A stretch of 64,000 nucleotides of DNA from an uncultured Candidatus Saccharibacteria bacterium. Lineage in GTDB: Bacteria; Patescibacteriota; Doudnabacteria; UBA920. Positions 47,363-57,172 of the stretch are shown one piece after another; the first letter of the stretch is position 1, and each line of letters opens with the position of its first letter. A program made the translations under genes and the position numbers. The notes under the pieces are model-generated. The model was given only the letters and a program-made list of their open reading frames with translations, was not told the DNA's origin and ran no database searches. The stretch is taken from contig CAYYQK010000002.1 in NCBI GenBank assembly GCA_964473815.1, positions 105,128 to 169,127 on the forward strand. Reading direction: 5' to 3'.

Positions 47363-48259
47363 GTGAATTTTACAAAAATATTCCGCCAAGCTTATCTCTT
47401 AACAATTCACAACCCATTGTTGTGGTTGTTTGGAATAGTATTGCTTGGCGGATTTAATTTATCTTTGGTAAATTTTGCAGCACTGATGCATAACCAAACC
47501 TGGAAAACGTGGCCTCTGCCACTGCACTTGTTTTCTTTTGATGAACCGCGCCAAATTGTGGCAGTGATAATTGTCGTTGTTATTACTTTTGCAATTTTAC
47601 ATTTTTTAAAACTTGCTTTCATCATTTTTTCTCACAGCTTAATTCATAAAGTTGATGAAAGTGAGAACAAAGAAAATATTCATTGCCGACTTTGTGTGCA
47701 CGTAAAAAATAACACCACCCCATTGCTAATTTGGTGGATGAGAATAATGTCCGCGAGTTTAATTACAATCGCCATAACCGCAGGCTTAAGTTTTATTGTT
47801 AATTCTTTACTTAGCCAGACAGGTGGAAATTTTGAAATTGCGCTGGTCATCAATTTACTGTTTTTGATTGTGGTGACTTGTGTCGTTGGAACATGGAATA
47901 CTTTCACGGCATATTTTATTACATTACATGACTTAAATTTTCATGCCGCAATTGCAGCTGCCTTTGACTTGTTGGTGATGCGCTTTCGACGCATTTTTGA
48001 ATTCATAGTGTGCTTGTCTGCGTTTTATACCTTGGCGGTATTAATTGGCAATGCCTTCATTAATGGGTGGCAGCATGGTTTTGATCGGGGCGAGATTATG
48101 GAAGTTCGGGTAGTGTTTTTGGTATTTTTTGCCATTTGGTTTGCGGTTAATAACACTTTCTTTAACCTTGCCTTCTTGTTATTTTTCGACAGCCTTGTAA
48201 AATCAAGTCAAAATAAAGAACCTCTACACAGTACTGAACCATTGGCAGAACCGATTTAA
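47363..48259 (+). CDS. hypothetical multi-TM membrane protein
   Basis: Several hydrophobic segments; LWLFG motif. Confidence 0.65.
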   Translation: MNFTKIFRQAYLLTIHNPLLWLFGIVLLGGFNLSLVNFAALMHNQTWKTWPLPLHLFSFDEPRQIVAVIIVVVITFAILHFLKLAFIIFSHSLIHKVDESENKENIHCRLCVHVKNNTTPLLIWWMRIMSASLITIAITAGLSFIVNSLLSQTGGNFEIALVINLLFLIVVTCVVGTWNTFTAYFITLHDLNFHAAIAAAFDLLVMRFRRIFEFIVCLSAFYTLAVLIGNAFINGWQHGFDRGEIMEVRVVFLVFFAIWFAVNNTFFNLAFLLFFDSLVKSSQNKEPLHSTEPLAEPI

Positions 48260-48292
48260 ATCGGTATAATGGGTGAGTCTTACCCCTTTTAG

Positions 48293-48368
48293 GGGCGGTT
48301 AGCTCAGTTGGTAGAGCGTCACATTGACGTTGTGAATGTCAGAGGTTCGAATCCTCTACCGCCCACCA
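48293..48368 (+). tRNA. tRNA-Val(GAC)
   Basis: gggcggttagctcag...ttGACgt...ggttcgaatcc...cgcccacca. Confidence 0.95.
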
Positions 48369-48474
48369 TAAGCAATTAATTCAAGAATTGGGAATTTAGA
48401 ATCAAGTTTAGCAGCGTATTTATCTAGCGCAAACTTCATTCGTGATTCGTGATTCTTGGCAAAGCAAGCAGCAT

Positions 48475-49167
48475 ATGCCAAACATAACATCAGAGCAATT
48501 ACAAAAATTAATCGACACTAAGCCGAAAGATTTAGATTTGTATATTTCGGCGTTCACTCACCGGTCGTACTTAAATGAGAATCGCGGTTTTCATTTGCCG
48601 CACAACGAGCGTCTCGAATTTTTGGGAGACGCGGTTTTGGAATTGGTATCGACCGAGCACTTATATAAAAATTATGATCACCCGGAAGGTGAACTTACTA
48701 ACTTCCGCAGCGCGTTGGTTAATTATAAAATGTTATCTGAGATCGCCGCGCGGTTGGGATTCGAACAGTTTCTGTTGATGTCGCGCGGGGAAGCAAAAGA
48801 CACAGGTCGCGCGCGTCAGGTAATTTTAGCGAATTGTATTGAAGCATTCATTGGCGCGTTGTTTTTGGATTTAGGATACGAAGCGACCCAAAAATTTATC
48901 GAAAAAGAAATTTTAGTTGAACTACCAAACATAATTTCCGGCGGAACTTATATGGACCCAAAAAGTAAGCTACAAGAGTTAGTCCAAGAAAAGCATGGCA
49001 TTACTCCAACTTATGGAGTTGTTAGTGAAAGCGGGCCAGACCATGACAAAGTTTTTGTGGTTGCAGCGTACATGGGGAAGAAAGAAATTGGTCGCGGTCA
49101 AGGGCCAAGCAAACAAGAAGGTGAAATTTCTGCTGCTGAGCATGCTTTGAAGGAAATCGAAAAATAG
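48475..49167 (+). CDS. rnc: ribonuclease III
   Basis: AFTHRSY, NERLEFLGDAVL, dsRBD DPKSKLQE. Confidence 0.97.
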   Translation: MPNITSEQLQKLIDTKPKDLDLYISAFTHRSYLNENRGFHLPHNERLEFLGDAVLELVSTEHLYKNYDHPEGELTNFRSALVNYKMLSEIAARLGFEQFLLMSRGEAKDTGRARQVILANCIEAFIGALFLDLGYEATQKFIEKEILVELPNIISGGTYMDPKSKLQELVQEKHGITPTYGVVSESGPDHDKVFVVAAYMGKKEIGRGQGPSKQEGEISAAEHALKEIEK

Positions 49168-49202
49168 TTGTTTGTTATTTTGTAAATAGTCAACTCCTGT
49201 CC

Positions 49203-49233
49203 TTGACAGCAAGTTTATCTTAAGATAAACTTG
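49203..49233 (+). promoter_or_regulatory. TA promoter with 24-bp perfect palindromic operator
   Basis: TTGACA-17-TAAACT overlapped by caagtttatcttaagataaacttg. Confidence 0.8.
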
Positions 49234-49237
49234 AAAT

Positions 49238-49489
49238 ATGGATAAAATAATTGGTTTAAAAGAATTTCGTGAAAATGTAGAAGCATATACCAAGCAAGTG
49301 AATGCTGGGCAAACTTTTGTGGTGCTAAAAAAATCTAAACCTATCTTCAAAATTGTTCCTGCGACAGAAGAAAATTGGGAGACAGTTATAGACTTTACCG
49401 AAGTTAACCCGAAAGGCGTTTTAATTGAAGATGTCGTAAATGCTCTTGGGTATGGAAAAACTACAGAAAGCTCTCGCAAAACTTCCTAA
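49238..49489 (+). CDS. Phd/YefM-family antitoxin
   Basis: IIGLKEFREN..V..G.TFVVLKKSKPIFKIVP. Confidence 0.8.
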   Translation: MDKIIGLKEFRENVEAYTKQVNAGQTFVVLKKSKPIFKIVPATEENWETVIDFTEVNPKGVLIEDVVNALGYGKTTESSRKTS

Positions 49490-49694
49490 AAAACATCAGG
49501 CAAATTTTAAGTTCCTGGCTATCCGTTTGTTAGCAAGGGACTTTTTAGGTTTAGATGTTAAAAAACTAAAGGGGCACAAAGATATTTACAGGGTAAGGCA
49601 TGGTAATTTACGAATTATTTACAAAATGACAAACAAAGAATTACGTATTTTAGAAGTCGGATTGCGCTCAGAGAAAACTTATCGGAACTTCTAA
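49452..49694 (+). CDS. RelE/ParE-family toxin
   Basis: KKLKGHKDIYRVRHGNLRIIY..VGLR...Y. Confidence 0.85.
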   Translation: MEKLQKALAKLPKKHQANFKFLAIRLLARDFLGLDVKKLKGHKDIYRVRHGNLRIIYKMTNKELRILEVGLRSEKTYRNF

Positions 49695-49937
49695 AAAATA
49701 TATGAAAATGGGGATAACTCGCGTTGACCCTTAATACAGCGATTGATACACTTTAGTTACGAGTTTAAACTCCGAGTAACCAAACAAACACAAATCACAA
49801 AGACGACTTCCTCAGAAAGGGGAAGCCGTTTTTGTTTTGGGTAAAGTTGACAATGAGACAGTTTTTGGCCATAATGGAATGCTCAAACTACAAAAGTTTG
49901 GACATAGTTCTATTAAGATAAATAAGGAGGGGTGAAT

Positions 49938-51023
49938 ATGTGCCCAGTAAAATCTTGGGACCGTGATAAGGTCATCGAAGTAATACTTGAAAGGCATGCC
50001 AATGGATTGCCTCTCAATTCAAATTTTCAGCAGTTGCATAATGCTTCGTTATACTGTGCCGCAACTAATTATTGTGGTAGTTGGCGTAAAGCTATTGAGG
50101 ACGCAGGGTTAAAATATGATGATGTAAAGATTAAGAAACGCGCAACTCCAAAGTGGGGCAAAGAGAAAGTCGTAAAAACTATTCTTAATCGAAAAATTGA
50201 AGACTTGCCACTGAACTCAAACTTCGTTCAGTTAAATGAGCAGTTGCTTTATGCAGCGGCTTGCAAGTATTTCAAAGGATGGCGACAAGCAATCGAGGCC
50301 TCTGGTTTGGATTACAACCAGATTCGCAAAGTTTTTTTGAGAACCTGGAGCAAGAAGGCAATCGTTGCTGAAATTAAACGCCGCAAACGCAAAGGATTAT
50401 CAGTAAACGGCGAAACTGTCAGTTCAGAAGACAGGGGTTTGTATAATGCGGCTCGTCGGCACTTTGGCATTGGTGGTTGGAAAAAAGCATTGCTTTTTGC
50501 CGGCATTAATCCGAAGGATATTGATCCAAACCGTAAATGGACCAAGCGCAGAATACTTTCAAGAATTAGAAAGCTCCATAGAGCAGGTTTACCGGTCTAT
50601 GGCTATGCCCTAATCAAATCCGGACAACAGAATCTAGTTGCTGGAGCGGAAAAATATTTTGGAAGCTGGCGTAAAGCCATTGAGGCCGCGGGTTTACAAT
50701 GGAAAAAAGTCCGAGGGGTGAAGAAGTTTTATTGGTGGACCCCTGACCGTGTAAAATCTCAGATTCGATATTGGGCAAATCGTGGCGAGTCTTTAAGCCT
50801 AAATTCGTTTCGCAAAGATCACGGTGATCTCGTCGGTGCTGCGATTTTACATTTCGAATCTTGGAGCCAAGCGGTATATGCTAGTGGTATTGACTATTTA
50901 GCTCACACTAAGGTATGGTCAACTAAAGCTTGGTTAAGGAATTTATCAGATACGGACGTACAAAATCTTGAACAGCACGTTCGCAAGGCATCACATTTGA
51001 GGAGGAAAAATGCCAGAACTTGA
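49938..51023 (+). CDS. tandem-repeat basic protein (5 x ~65 aa; homing-endonuclease-associated-repeat-like)
   Basis: Repeats W.K..V...I...GL.LN...LY.AA..YFGSW..A.EAAG; AAGGAGG SD. Confidence 0.7.
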   Translation: MCPVKSWDRDKVIEVILERHANGLPLNSNFQQLHNASLYCAATNYCGSWRKAIEDAGLKYDDVKIKKRATPKWGKEKVVKTILNRKIEDLPLNSNFVQLNEQLLYAAACKYFKGWRQAIEASGLDYNQIRKVFLRTWSKKAIVAEIKRRKRKGLSVNGETVSSEDRGLYNAARRHFGIGGWKKALLFAGINPKDIDPNRKWTKRRILSRIRKLHRAGLPVYGYALIKSGQQNLVAGAEKYFGSWRKAIEAAGLQWKKVRGVKKFYWWTPDRVKSQIRYWANRGESLSLNSFRKDHGDLVGAAILHFESWSQAVYASGIDYLAHTKVWSTKAWLRNLSDTDVQNLEQHVRKASHLRRKNART

Positions 51024-51948
51024 AAGGTCAAAATTTGTGTTCGACATTCCCGTGAATAAGATCGATATGCCTTTCGGAATTCGTCATTTTTACGATGACG
51101 AGAGTATGAAGGATATATCAAGATCAATCGCGGGCGGTGGGTTACTACAGCCGATATTGGTAACAAAATCGGACAAGCCAGGCCGATACAATCTTATTGT
51201 CGGCTCGCGGCGGCTTAAAGGGACCATGGCTAATGGTACTACTGAGATTCCTGGGATTTTGAAAGATAATCTTTCATCCAGAGAGATTAAAATCCTCGCA
51301 CTTTCAGAAAATGTTCAGAGAGAGGATCTGACACCTTTCGAAGAAGCCTGGGTTGTCTTTGATCTCGTTAAAAACGAGAAGATGGGTATCGCTGCAGTAG
51401 CCAAATCCTTAGGAAAGCACGAGACGTGGGTCAGAAGAAGAATGAAGTATTTAAGCGTTCCAGATGAGGTTAAAAACCTTGTTTTGGAGGGCAAGCTTTC
51501 ATTCCATAACGTCGAATGTTTGGTCAGCTCTGTGACGGATCCAGCTTTGCAAATCAAATTTGCTACGGAAGCTGTCTTCCATCGTTTCGGTCCGTGTGAA
51601 TTACGTGAGTATATCGCGGATTACGAGGCGGCAGCGGTTAAATCGAAATTGCAAAAGCCTCAAGATGAAGCTAGTGTTCCTGCCCAGCCGGAGAGATTCC
51701 GGCAAACGCTGGGGGACAGTGAGTCGCGAATGCTGCGCATCATAAAAACCATGACCACTAAAAAGTTGGTCATGAAGCTGACTTTGATTAGGAAAACAAT
51801 GAGAGTTGTATTCCGATCATTCAAACAGCGCAAAGCTGAGGATATCTATAATCTAATCGTGGAAATGAAAAAAGTCCGCGCACAACTTGATAAAGATATC
51901 CAAAAAGCTGAGGAGGAATATGGATATCTCTTGCTATCTTTAGAATGA
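51010..51948 (+). CDS. ParB/RepB/Spo0J-family protein
   Basis: GLLQPILV, LIVGSRRLK, ENVQREDLTPFEEA, HTH. Confidence 0.85.
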   Translation: MPELERSKFVFDIPVNKIDMPFGIRHFYDDESMKDISRSIAGGGLLQPILVTKSDKPGRYNLIVGSRRLKGTMANGTTEIPGILKDNLSSREIKILALSENVQREDLTPFEEAWVVFDLVKNEKMGIAAVAKSLGKHETWVRRRMKYLSVPDEVKNLVLEGKLSFHNVECLVSSVTDPALQIKFATEAVFHRFGPCELREYIADYEAAAVKSKLQKPQDEASVPAQPERFRQTLGDSESRMLRIIKTMTTKKLVMKLTLIRKTMRVVFRSFKQRKAEDIYNLIVEMKKVRAQLDKDIQKAEEEYGYLLLSLE

Positions 51949-52043
51949 TGTAGTAGAACAACACTCAAACTTATAGGTTGCCGAAAGGTGGCCTTTTTTA
52001 TTTGTTAAACTAACAAATCAATGTGGTATAATTAATAGGCAAT

Positions 52044-54671
52044 ATGTACCTGAAACGCTTAGAAATACAAGGCTTTAAATCGTTCGCAAAAAAGACAGTT
52101 TTAGAGTTTGAAACCGGGATCACAGCGATCGTCGGGCCGAACGGCAGTGGTAAATCCAACACTGCTGATTGTTTACGTTGGGTGCTAGGCGAGCAAAGCG
52201 CTAAGCTGATGCGCGGTAAAAAAAGTGAAGACGTAATTTTTGCAGGCTCTGATAAACGATCGCGCGGTGGTTTTGCCGAAGTCATTGCTACATTCGACAA
52301 CCGTGACCACAAAATTCCTGTCGACGCAGCTGAAGTCAGTATTGGCCGCCGCATTTCGCGCAGTGGTGAAAGTGAATATTTAATTAACAATGCCAAAGTG
52401 CGTTTACTCGACATTGTTGATTTGGTATTAAAGTCTAATATTGGAACTTCGCGTTACACTGTTATTGGCCAGGGTACAATTGACTCCATGATTTTGGCCG
52501 GACCGAATGAAATTAAAAATTTACTTGATGAAGCTAGTGGTGTAAAAACTTATTACATCAAACGCGACCGCACACTTCGCCGCTTGGAACAAACTGCACA
52601 AAATTTAATGCGTGCAGAAGACCTGCTTCGCGAACTTGAACCGCGCGTTAAGTCATTGCGTCGCCAAGCCAAACGAATGGAAGCTCGTGAAGTTATTGAA
52701 GTTGACTTGAAAGCCTACCAAAAAGAACATTTGGGCTCACAATGGTGGAGCCTGAAAAATTCTATCGATATTCTAAACAAAGAACTGGACACGCACGCCC
52801 AGAGTCGCGCGCAAATTGATGCAGTTATGAATGCGCACTTACAAAAGATAGAGCTTCATGAAACTGAAAACGCTGCTGCGCTTACAGATTACAAACAGGT
52901 TCAGGAAAAACTGCAACAACTACAAACCGAAAAAAATTCTCTGCTCGAACAAGTCAGCTTGATTCGCGGTAAAATGCAATCGCAAAAAACTGGCAGTGGC
53001 GACAGTGCGTCTTTGGAAATCGACAGCCATACCTTGGAGCAAAAAATTATCGAAACCGAGAATCAGATCAAGGCTGCAGAAGCGCGAATGGTAAATGCGA
53101 CCAAGCAAATTACTGCACAAGAAGAAGCTGTTGCAGTTGTGAATGCACAACTCACCGAACTTTACACAGCACTCAGCAACCCAGCAGGCAGCGACTGGAA
53201 ACAAGTAGAAGACCAGATGTCAGAACTTGATAATACTTTCGTGCAATTCGAAAGAATTATCGATGAAACTAGCGATTTAGGCCAGATTCGTAATGCGACC
53301 GCCGCCGTTGTCCATGCCTGGAACAGTTTTAAAAAAGCAGCGACAGAAGCAGCTAAGCACCCAGACTTCAGTCGCAAATTACAGGAGCAATTACAAGAAC
53401 TAAACACTCAAAAAGACAAACTTATTACTGAGCAAAACTCATTAACTTCGGCTGCTTCTAAAGCTCAAATGAGTAAAGATTTTTTATCAGGCCAATTAAC
53501 TAGCTTGCAAAATGAAAAGTTGCAGGTAGACTTGGAATTAAAAAAAGCGGCCAGTGGTAGCAGTGATTCCTTTGTGCAAGAGCTTGTTGCAGAAGAAAAT
53601 AAAGTTCAGGAAAAGATTAAAGCAGTCACACAAAAAATTACAGAACTCGAAGAAAAGATGCAAAATTTTTATGCGTCAGAAAACAGTTGGAAAGCTTCAA
53701 TTGCCGAAGAAGATAAGCGTTTCCGTCAACAGCAAGACGAGCTAAGTCGGGTGCGTGATCAAGAAAGCAAAGTACAAATTGAAAAAGCTAAGTTGGAAAC
53801 TCAGAGCGACAACATTGTTTCGGAAATCGTTGCCCAACTTGGCAGTGATATGCTGGAAAAAATACAAGCTGTAGAAATCAAAAAAGAAACCGAAGGCTTA
53901 ACTGAAAAAATTCAAAAACTACAACATCAGTTAAGTTTGATTGGCGGAGTCGATGAGTTAACAATTCAGGAATATCATGAGACTGAAAGTCGTTACACCA
54001 ATTTGGAAACACAGATTACTGACTTGCAAAAGAGTATGCAAGACTTGCGTCACGTGATGGATGAACTCGACGAACACATTAAAACTAAATTCAACGAGGC
54101 ATTCCACAAAGTTAATGCTCAGTTCGAACAATACTTCCGTGTGTTGTTTAATGGTGGCCGTGCGTATCTGTCACTTGTAAAACCGAATGATACTAAAACA
54201 GAAGGTGAACTTGCAGAGCAAGAAGCTGAAGATGCCAAAGAAGAAGCTGATGAAAAAGACGCAATGCGCCCTGAAGAAAAAATTGTGGCTAAGTATGAGA
54301 AGGGAAGTTTGGCAGTTGCCGGCGTCGAAATTCGCGCCACACCTCCAAACAAAAAGCTTTCTGCAATTCAGTCACTATCTGGAGGCGAGCGCTCGTTAAC
54401 TTCAATTGCTTTGCTTTGTAGTTTACTAACTTGCTTCCCATCTCCTTTCGTGGTGCTCGATGAAGTTGATGCTGCTCTCGATGAAGCCAATACAATTCGT
54501 TTTGGACAAATTTTAGGAAAGCTGGCTCACCAAACCCAGTTCATTACAATCACTCACAACCGCGAAACCATGTCCCAAGCCAACACGATTTATGGTGTAA
54601 CCATGGGCGACGACGGCGTTTCGCAGCTACTATCTATTAAAATCGCCCAAGCAAAGGCCTACGCTAAGTAG
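52044..54671 (+). CDS. smc: SMC-family chromosome segregation protein (short, 875 aa)
   Basis: MYLKRLEIQGFKSF, GPNGSGKSN, LSGGE, LDEVDAALD. Confidence 0.92.
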   Translation: MYLKRLEIQGFKSFAKKTVLEFETGITAIVGPNGSGKSNTADCLRWVLGEQSAKLMRGKKSEDVIFAGSDKRSRGGFAEVIATFDNRDHKIPVDAAEVSIGRRISRSGESEYLINNAKVRLLDIVDLVLKSNIGTSRYTVIGQGTIDSMILAGPNEIKNLLDEASGVKTYYIKRDRTLRRLEQTAQNLMRAEDLLRELEPRVKSLRRQAKRMEAREVIEVDLKAYQKEHLGSQWWSLKNSIDILNKELDTHAQSRAQIDAVMNAHLQKIELHETENAAALTDYKQVQEKLQQLQTEKNSLLEQVSLIRGKMQSQKTGSGDSASLEIDSHTLEQKIIETENQIKAAEARMVNATKQITAQEEAVAVVNAQLTELYTALSNPAGSDWKQVEDQMSELDNTFVQFERIIDETSDLGQIRNATAAVVHAWNSFKKAATEAAKHPDFSRKLQEQLQELNTQKDKLITEQNSLTSAASKAQMSKDFLSGQLTSLQNEKLQVDLELKKAASGSSDSFVQELVAEENKVQEKIKAVTQKITELEEKMQNFYASENSWKASIAEEDKRFRQQQDELSRVRDQESKVQIEKAKLETQSDNIVSEIVAQLGSDMLEKIQAVEIKKETEGLTEKIQKLQHQLSLIGGVDELTIQEYHETESRYTNLETQITDLQKSMQDLRHVMDELDEHIKTKFNEAFHKVNAQFEQYFRVLFNGGRAYLSLVKPNDTKTEGELAEQEAEDAKEEADEKDAMRPEEKIVAKYEKGSLAVAGVEIRATPPNKKLSAIQSLSGGERSLTSIALLCSLLTCFPSPFVVLDEVDAALDEANTIRFGQILGKLAHQTQFITITHNRETMSQANTIYGVTMGDDGVSQLLSIKIAQAKAYAK

Positions 54672-54828
54672 AAATTCATCAAAAATCGGCCAAATCTTGA
54701 CTAAAAGGACTTTCAATGGTAAACTTTGGAAGTCCTTTTTGTCGCAGAGACCGTCAAACTCCGCAGATAAATACAGATAAACGGCTTATAAAAGCCAGAT
54801 TTAATCAATCTAAATAATATTTCTCCGA

Positions 54829-55338
54829 ATGTTAATTATTCGTTTACAACGTGCTGGTAAAAAGAATAAAGCTGATTTCCGGCTTGTTCTTGCGCAAAAG
54901 ACCGCTGCTAGCCAAAAGAAATTCACTGAAGTAATGGGTTCTTACAATCCACATACTAAGAATTTGCAAATCCGTGATCAGGAACGTTTGAACTATTGGG
55001 TTAATGACCAACATGTAGAAGTCTCTCCTACTGCTTACAACCTTCTTGTTGCTAAAGAAATCATCAAAGGTGATAAGAAAAAAGCATTCACAATTCCTAA
55101 AAAGGAAGTAGTGGCTGAAGAGCCAGCTGCCGAAGCTCCAGTTTCAGCAGAGGGTGCAGCAGTAGAAGAGCCGGCAACTGAAGCAGTTCCAGCAGAAGAA
55201 ACTGCTGCATCTGAACCAGCAGCAGAAACACCGGCAGAAGCTGAAGCTCCAACCGTAGAACCTGTGGCTGAAGAGCCAGCAGCTGAGCCAACTCCAGAAT
55301 CAACCGAACCTGCTGAAACAACTGAATCACAAGAATAA
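54829..55338 (+). CDS. rpsP: 30S ribosomal protein S16 with Ala/Glu/Pro-rich tail
   Basis: MLIIRLQRAGKKN..FRLV..GSYNP. Confidence 0.95.
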   Translation: MLIIRLQRAGKKNKADFRLVLAQKTAASQKKFTEVMGSYNPHTKNLQIRDQERLNYWVNDQHVEVSPTAYNLLVAKEIIKGDKKKAFTIPKKEVVAEEPAAEAPVSAEGAAVEEPATEAVPAEETAASEPAAETPAEAEAPTVEPVAEEPAAEPTPESTEPAETTESQE

Positions 55339-55456
55339 ATTTTAAACCCGCCGAGAGCGGGTTTTAAAATGTGAGTTATCAACTGTTCAGTTGCTTTTTT
55401 CTCTTATTCGTGCTATACTTAACCCAAAGTTAGTCACAAAACAAGAAATAAAAAAT

Positions 55457-55951
55457 ATGAACAACAATAAGAAATGGTTGGCAATTGCAATATTAGTTGT
55501 AGTCGCTGCCGCAGCCTGGTTTTTGCTAGTGAAAATCGATAAAAAGAATTCGAGCAAGAATGTTAAGACTGCACCAATTGTAAAGACCACAAAGACAGAT
55601 GTGGACTTTTCGCGTGCCCCAGAAAAATTCCCAGCAGAAATTCCGATCGAAAAGGACGCAAACATTACCCAAAACTATAACGCAACAACAACTAACGGAA
55701 TCTTCCAAGCAACTAGAGTTTTTGAAAGCTCAAAAGCATCAGCAGACAACTTTAGTATTTACAAAGATTTCATGACTAAGAATGGCTGGCAGATCACTTC
55801 AACTATTGATAAGCCAAATCTAAAGTCATTGGTTGGAACAAAGGGCGCAGAAACTCTCTTGGTGAATATTACTGAAAATACTGTTAACCATAAGAAAACA
55901 GTCAGTATTAACTATAGTACTGATACTCGCGTAAAGGCAACAACAAAGTAA
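55457..55951 (+). CDS. membrane-anchored protein, paralog of 59665
   Basis: N-terminal TM; PEKFPAEIPIE..QATRVFES. Confidence 0.7.
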   Translation: MNNNKKWLAIAILVVVAAAAWFLLVKIDKKNSSKNVKTAPIVKTTKTDVDFSRAPEKFPAEIPIEKDANITQNYNATTTNGIFQATRVFESSKASADNFSIYKDFMTKNGWQITSTIDKPNLKSLVGTKGAETLLVNITENTVNHKKTVSINYSTDTRVKATTK

Positions 55952-55969
55952 TATTTGCTTTAAAATATC

Positions 55970-57166
55970 ATGCACAAAAATATCCAAAATGTAGTTGTAA
56001 GAGTTCTTATTGTACTAACTGCATTACTAAGTTTGCCCGCGACACTAGTAACCACGAAAACAGTTCAGGCTAGCACTTGTGTTGGTTTATGTGAGCCGGA
56101 TGTTAACTATGTTAACAATGGTAACAACAATTTTACCGTTAAAGCCAATGAATCGCTCATGTATAACGCATGCAGCTATGATAATAATAATGGCTTGGAT
56201 GAGGCATATGTATCTGAGAATATTTCTTCGAGCTTTGGTATTTACTTCTTCGGAACTCAAGATCCAGGCAATACTCACACAGCTTACGAGCCGGATATTT
56301 CTATGCCTTACGCGCCAGGCCATACCGATGGTTGGACTTATTGCGGTTTCCCAGCCACTCCAACGGTTCCTACGTGGGCTGGTACATCAGAAAGAACCTT
56401 TAATATACCATCTGGTGAGTCTGGGTTCTTTGTGGGGTTTTTCACTCACGTAACTAGGTGGGAACGCCACCAAGGCGAATACGTTCCACAACAGGATGAA
56501 GATCAATTTGTCATAGTCTTGCAGTACACAGGACCAACCCCAAATTTGAGTTGCACCTTCTTACAGGCCACCCAAAGAATTTATCAAGGTGACTCCGTTG
56601 CTTATTCATTTAAAGTTGATACAGATAAACCTGGGTTTAGTTCTCCGGTAGCACTCTCGGCAAGTATCAGACCAGCATCGAGTGGTAACCAGGTTTCCCC
56701 ATCAGTAAGTATTGATCCGTCATACAACAACAAAGTACCCCCAACAACAGGAGTACTGCTAGTGAATGCGCCGGATAATACAACGCCGAATGATAAATAC
56801 GTTATTACAATGACAGCGACTGGAGGAGGTCAAACAAAAACTTGTATCACCAATTTGGATGTCAAAGAATGGAATCCAGATTTTCAATTACGCATAGAAC
56901 CGGATCAAAAAATGGTAAACGCTGGCCAAATAGAAGAGTACGAAGTATTCGCTGACTGCACAGGAAGTTTTGATGGCGATATAACAGGCTTAAAAGTACA
57001 GTCAACCTTTGTAAACCCTATTATAGAGTTGGGCGCAACTACTTTGCATTGCGGAAGAACAACAACAGTGAGTATAGATACATCTTCAATACCTGAGGAT
57101 CAAAGATCTAATTTAGCTACCCCTACATATCAAAACCTGACAGTAACAGGATCCGCTAATTTATAG
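55970..57166 (+). CDS. secreted Cys-containing surface protein
   Basis: Signal peptide; Ig-like beta-rich domains. Confidence 0.7.
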   Translation: MHKNIQNVVVRVLIVLTALLSLPATLVTTKTVQASTCVGLCEPDVNYVNNGNNNFTVKANESLMYNACSYDNNNGLDEAYVSENISSSFGIYFFGTQDPGNTHTAYEPDISMPYAPGHTDGWTYCGFPATPTVPTWAGTSERTFNIPSGESGFFVGFFTHVTRWERHQGEYVPQQDEDQFVIVLQYTGPTPNLSCTFLQATQRIYQGDSVAYSFKVDTDKPGFSSPVALSASIRPASSGNQVSPSVSIDPSYNNKVPPTTGVLLVNAPDNTTPNDKYVITMTATGGGQTKTCITNLDVKEWNPDFQLRIEPDQKMVNAGQIEEYEVFADCTGSFDGDITGLKVQSTFVNPIIELGATTLHCGRTTTVSIDTSSIPEDQRSNLATPTYQNLTVTGSANL

Positions 57167-57172
57167 ACACTT

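Noticed and set aside
48375-48460. Short heptamer-like repeats after tRNA-Val (attcgtg, aatt.ag)
   Set aside because: Too few and too degenerate to support a function
54735-54800. RNase P-like 3' motif (acagataaacggcttata) upstream of rpsP
   Set aside because: No 5' half of RNase P; too short; more simply an rpsP leader hairpin
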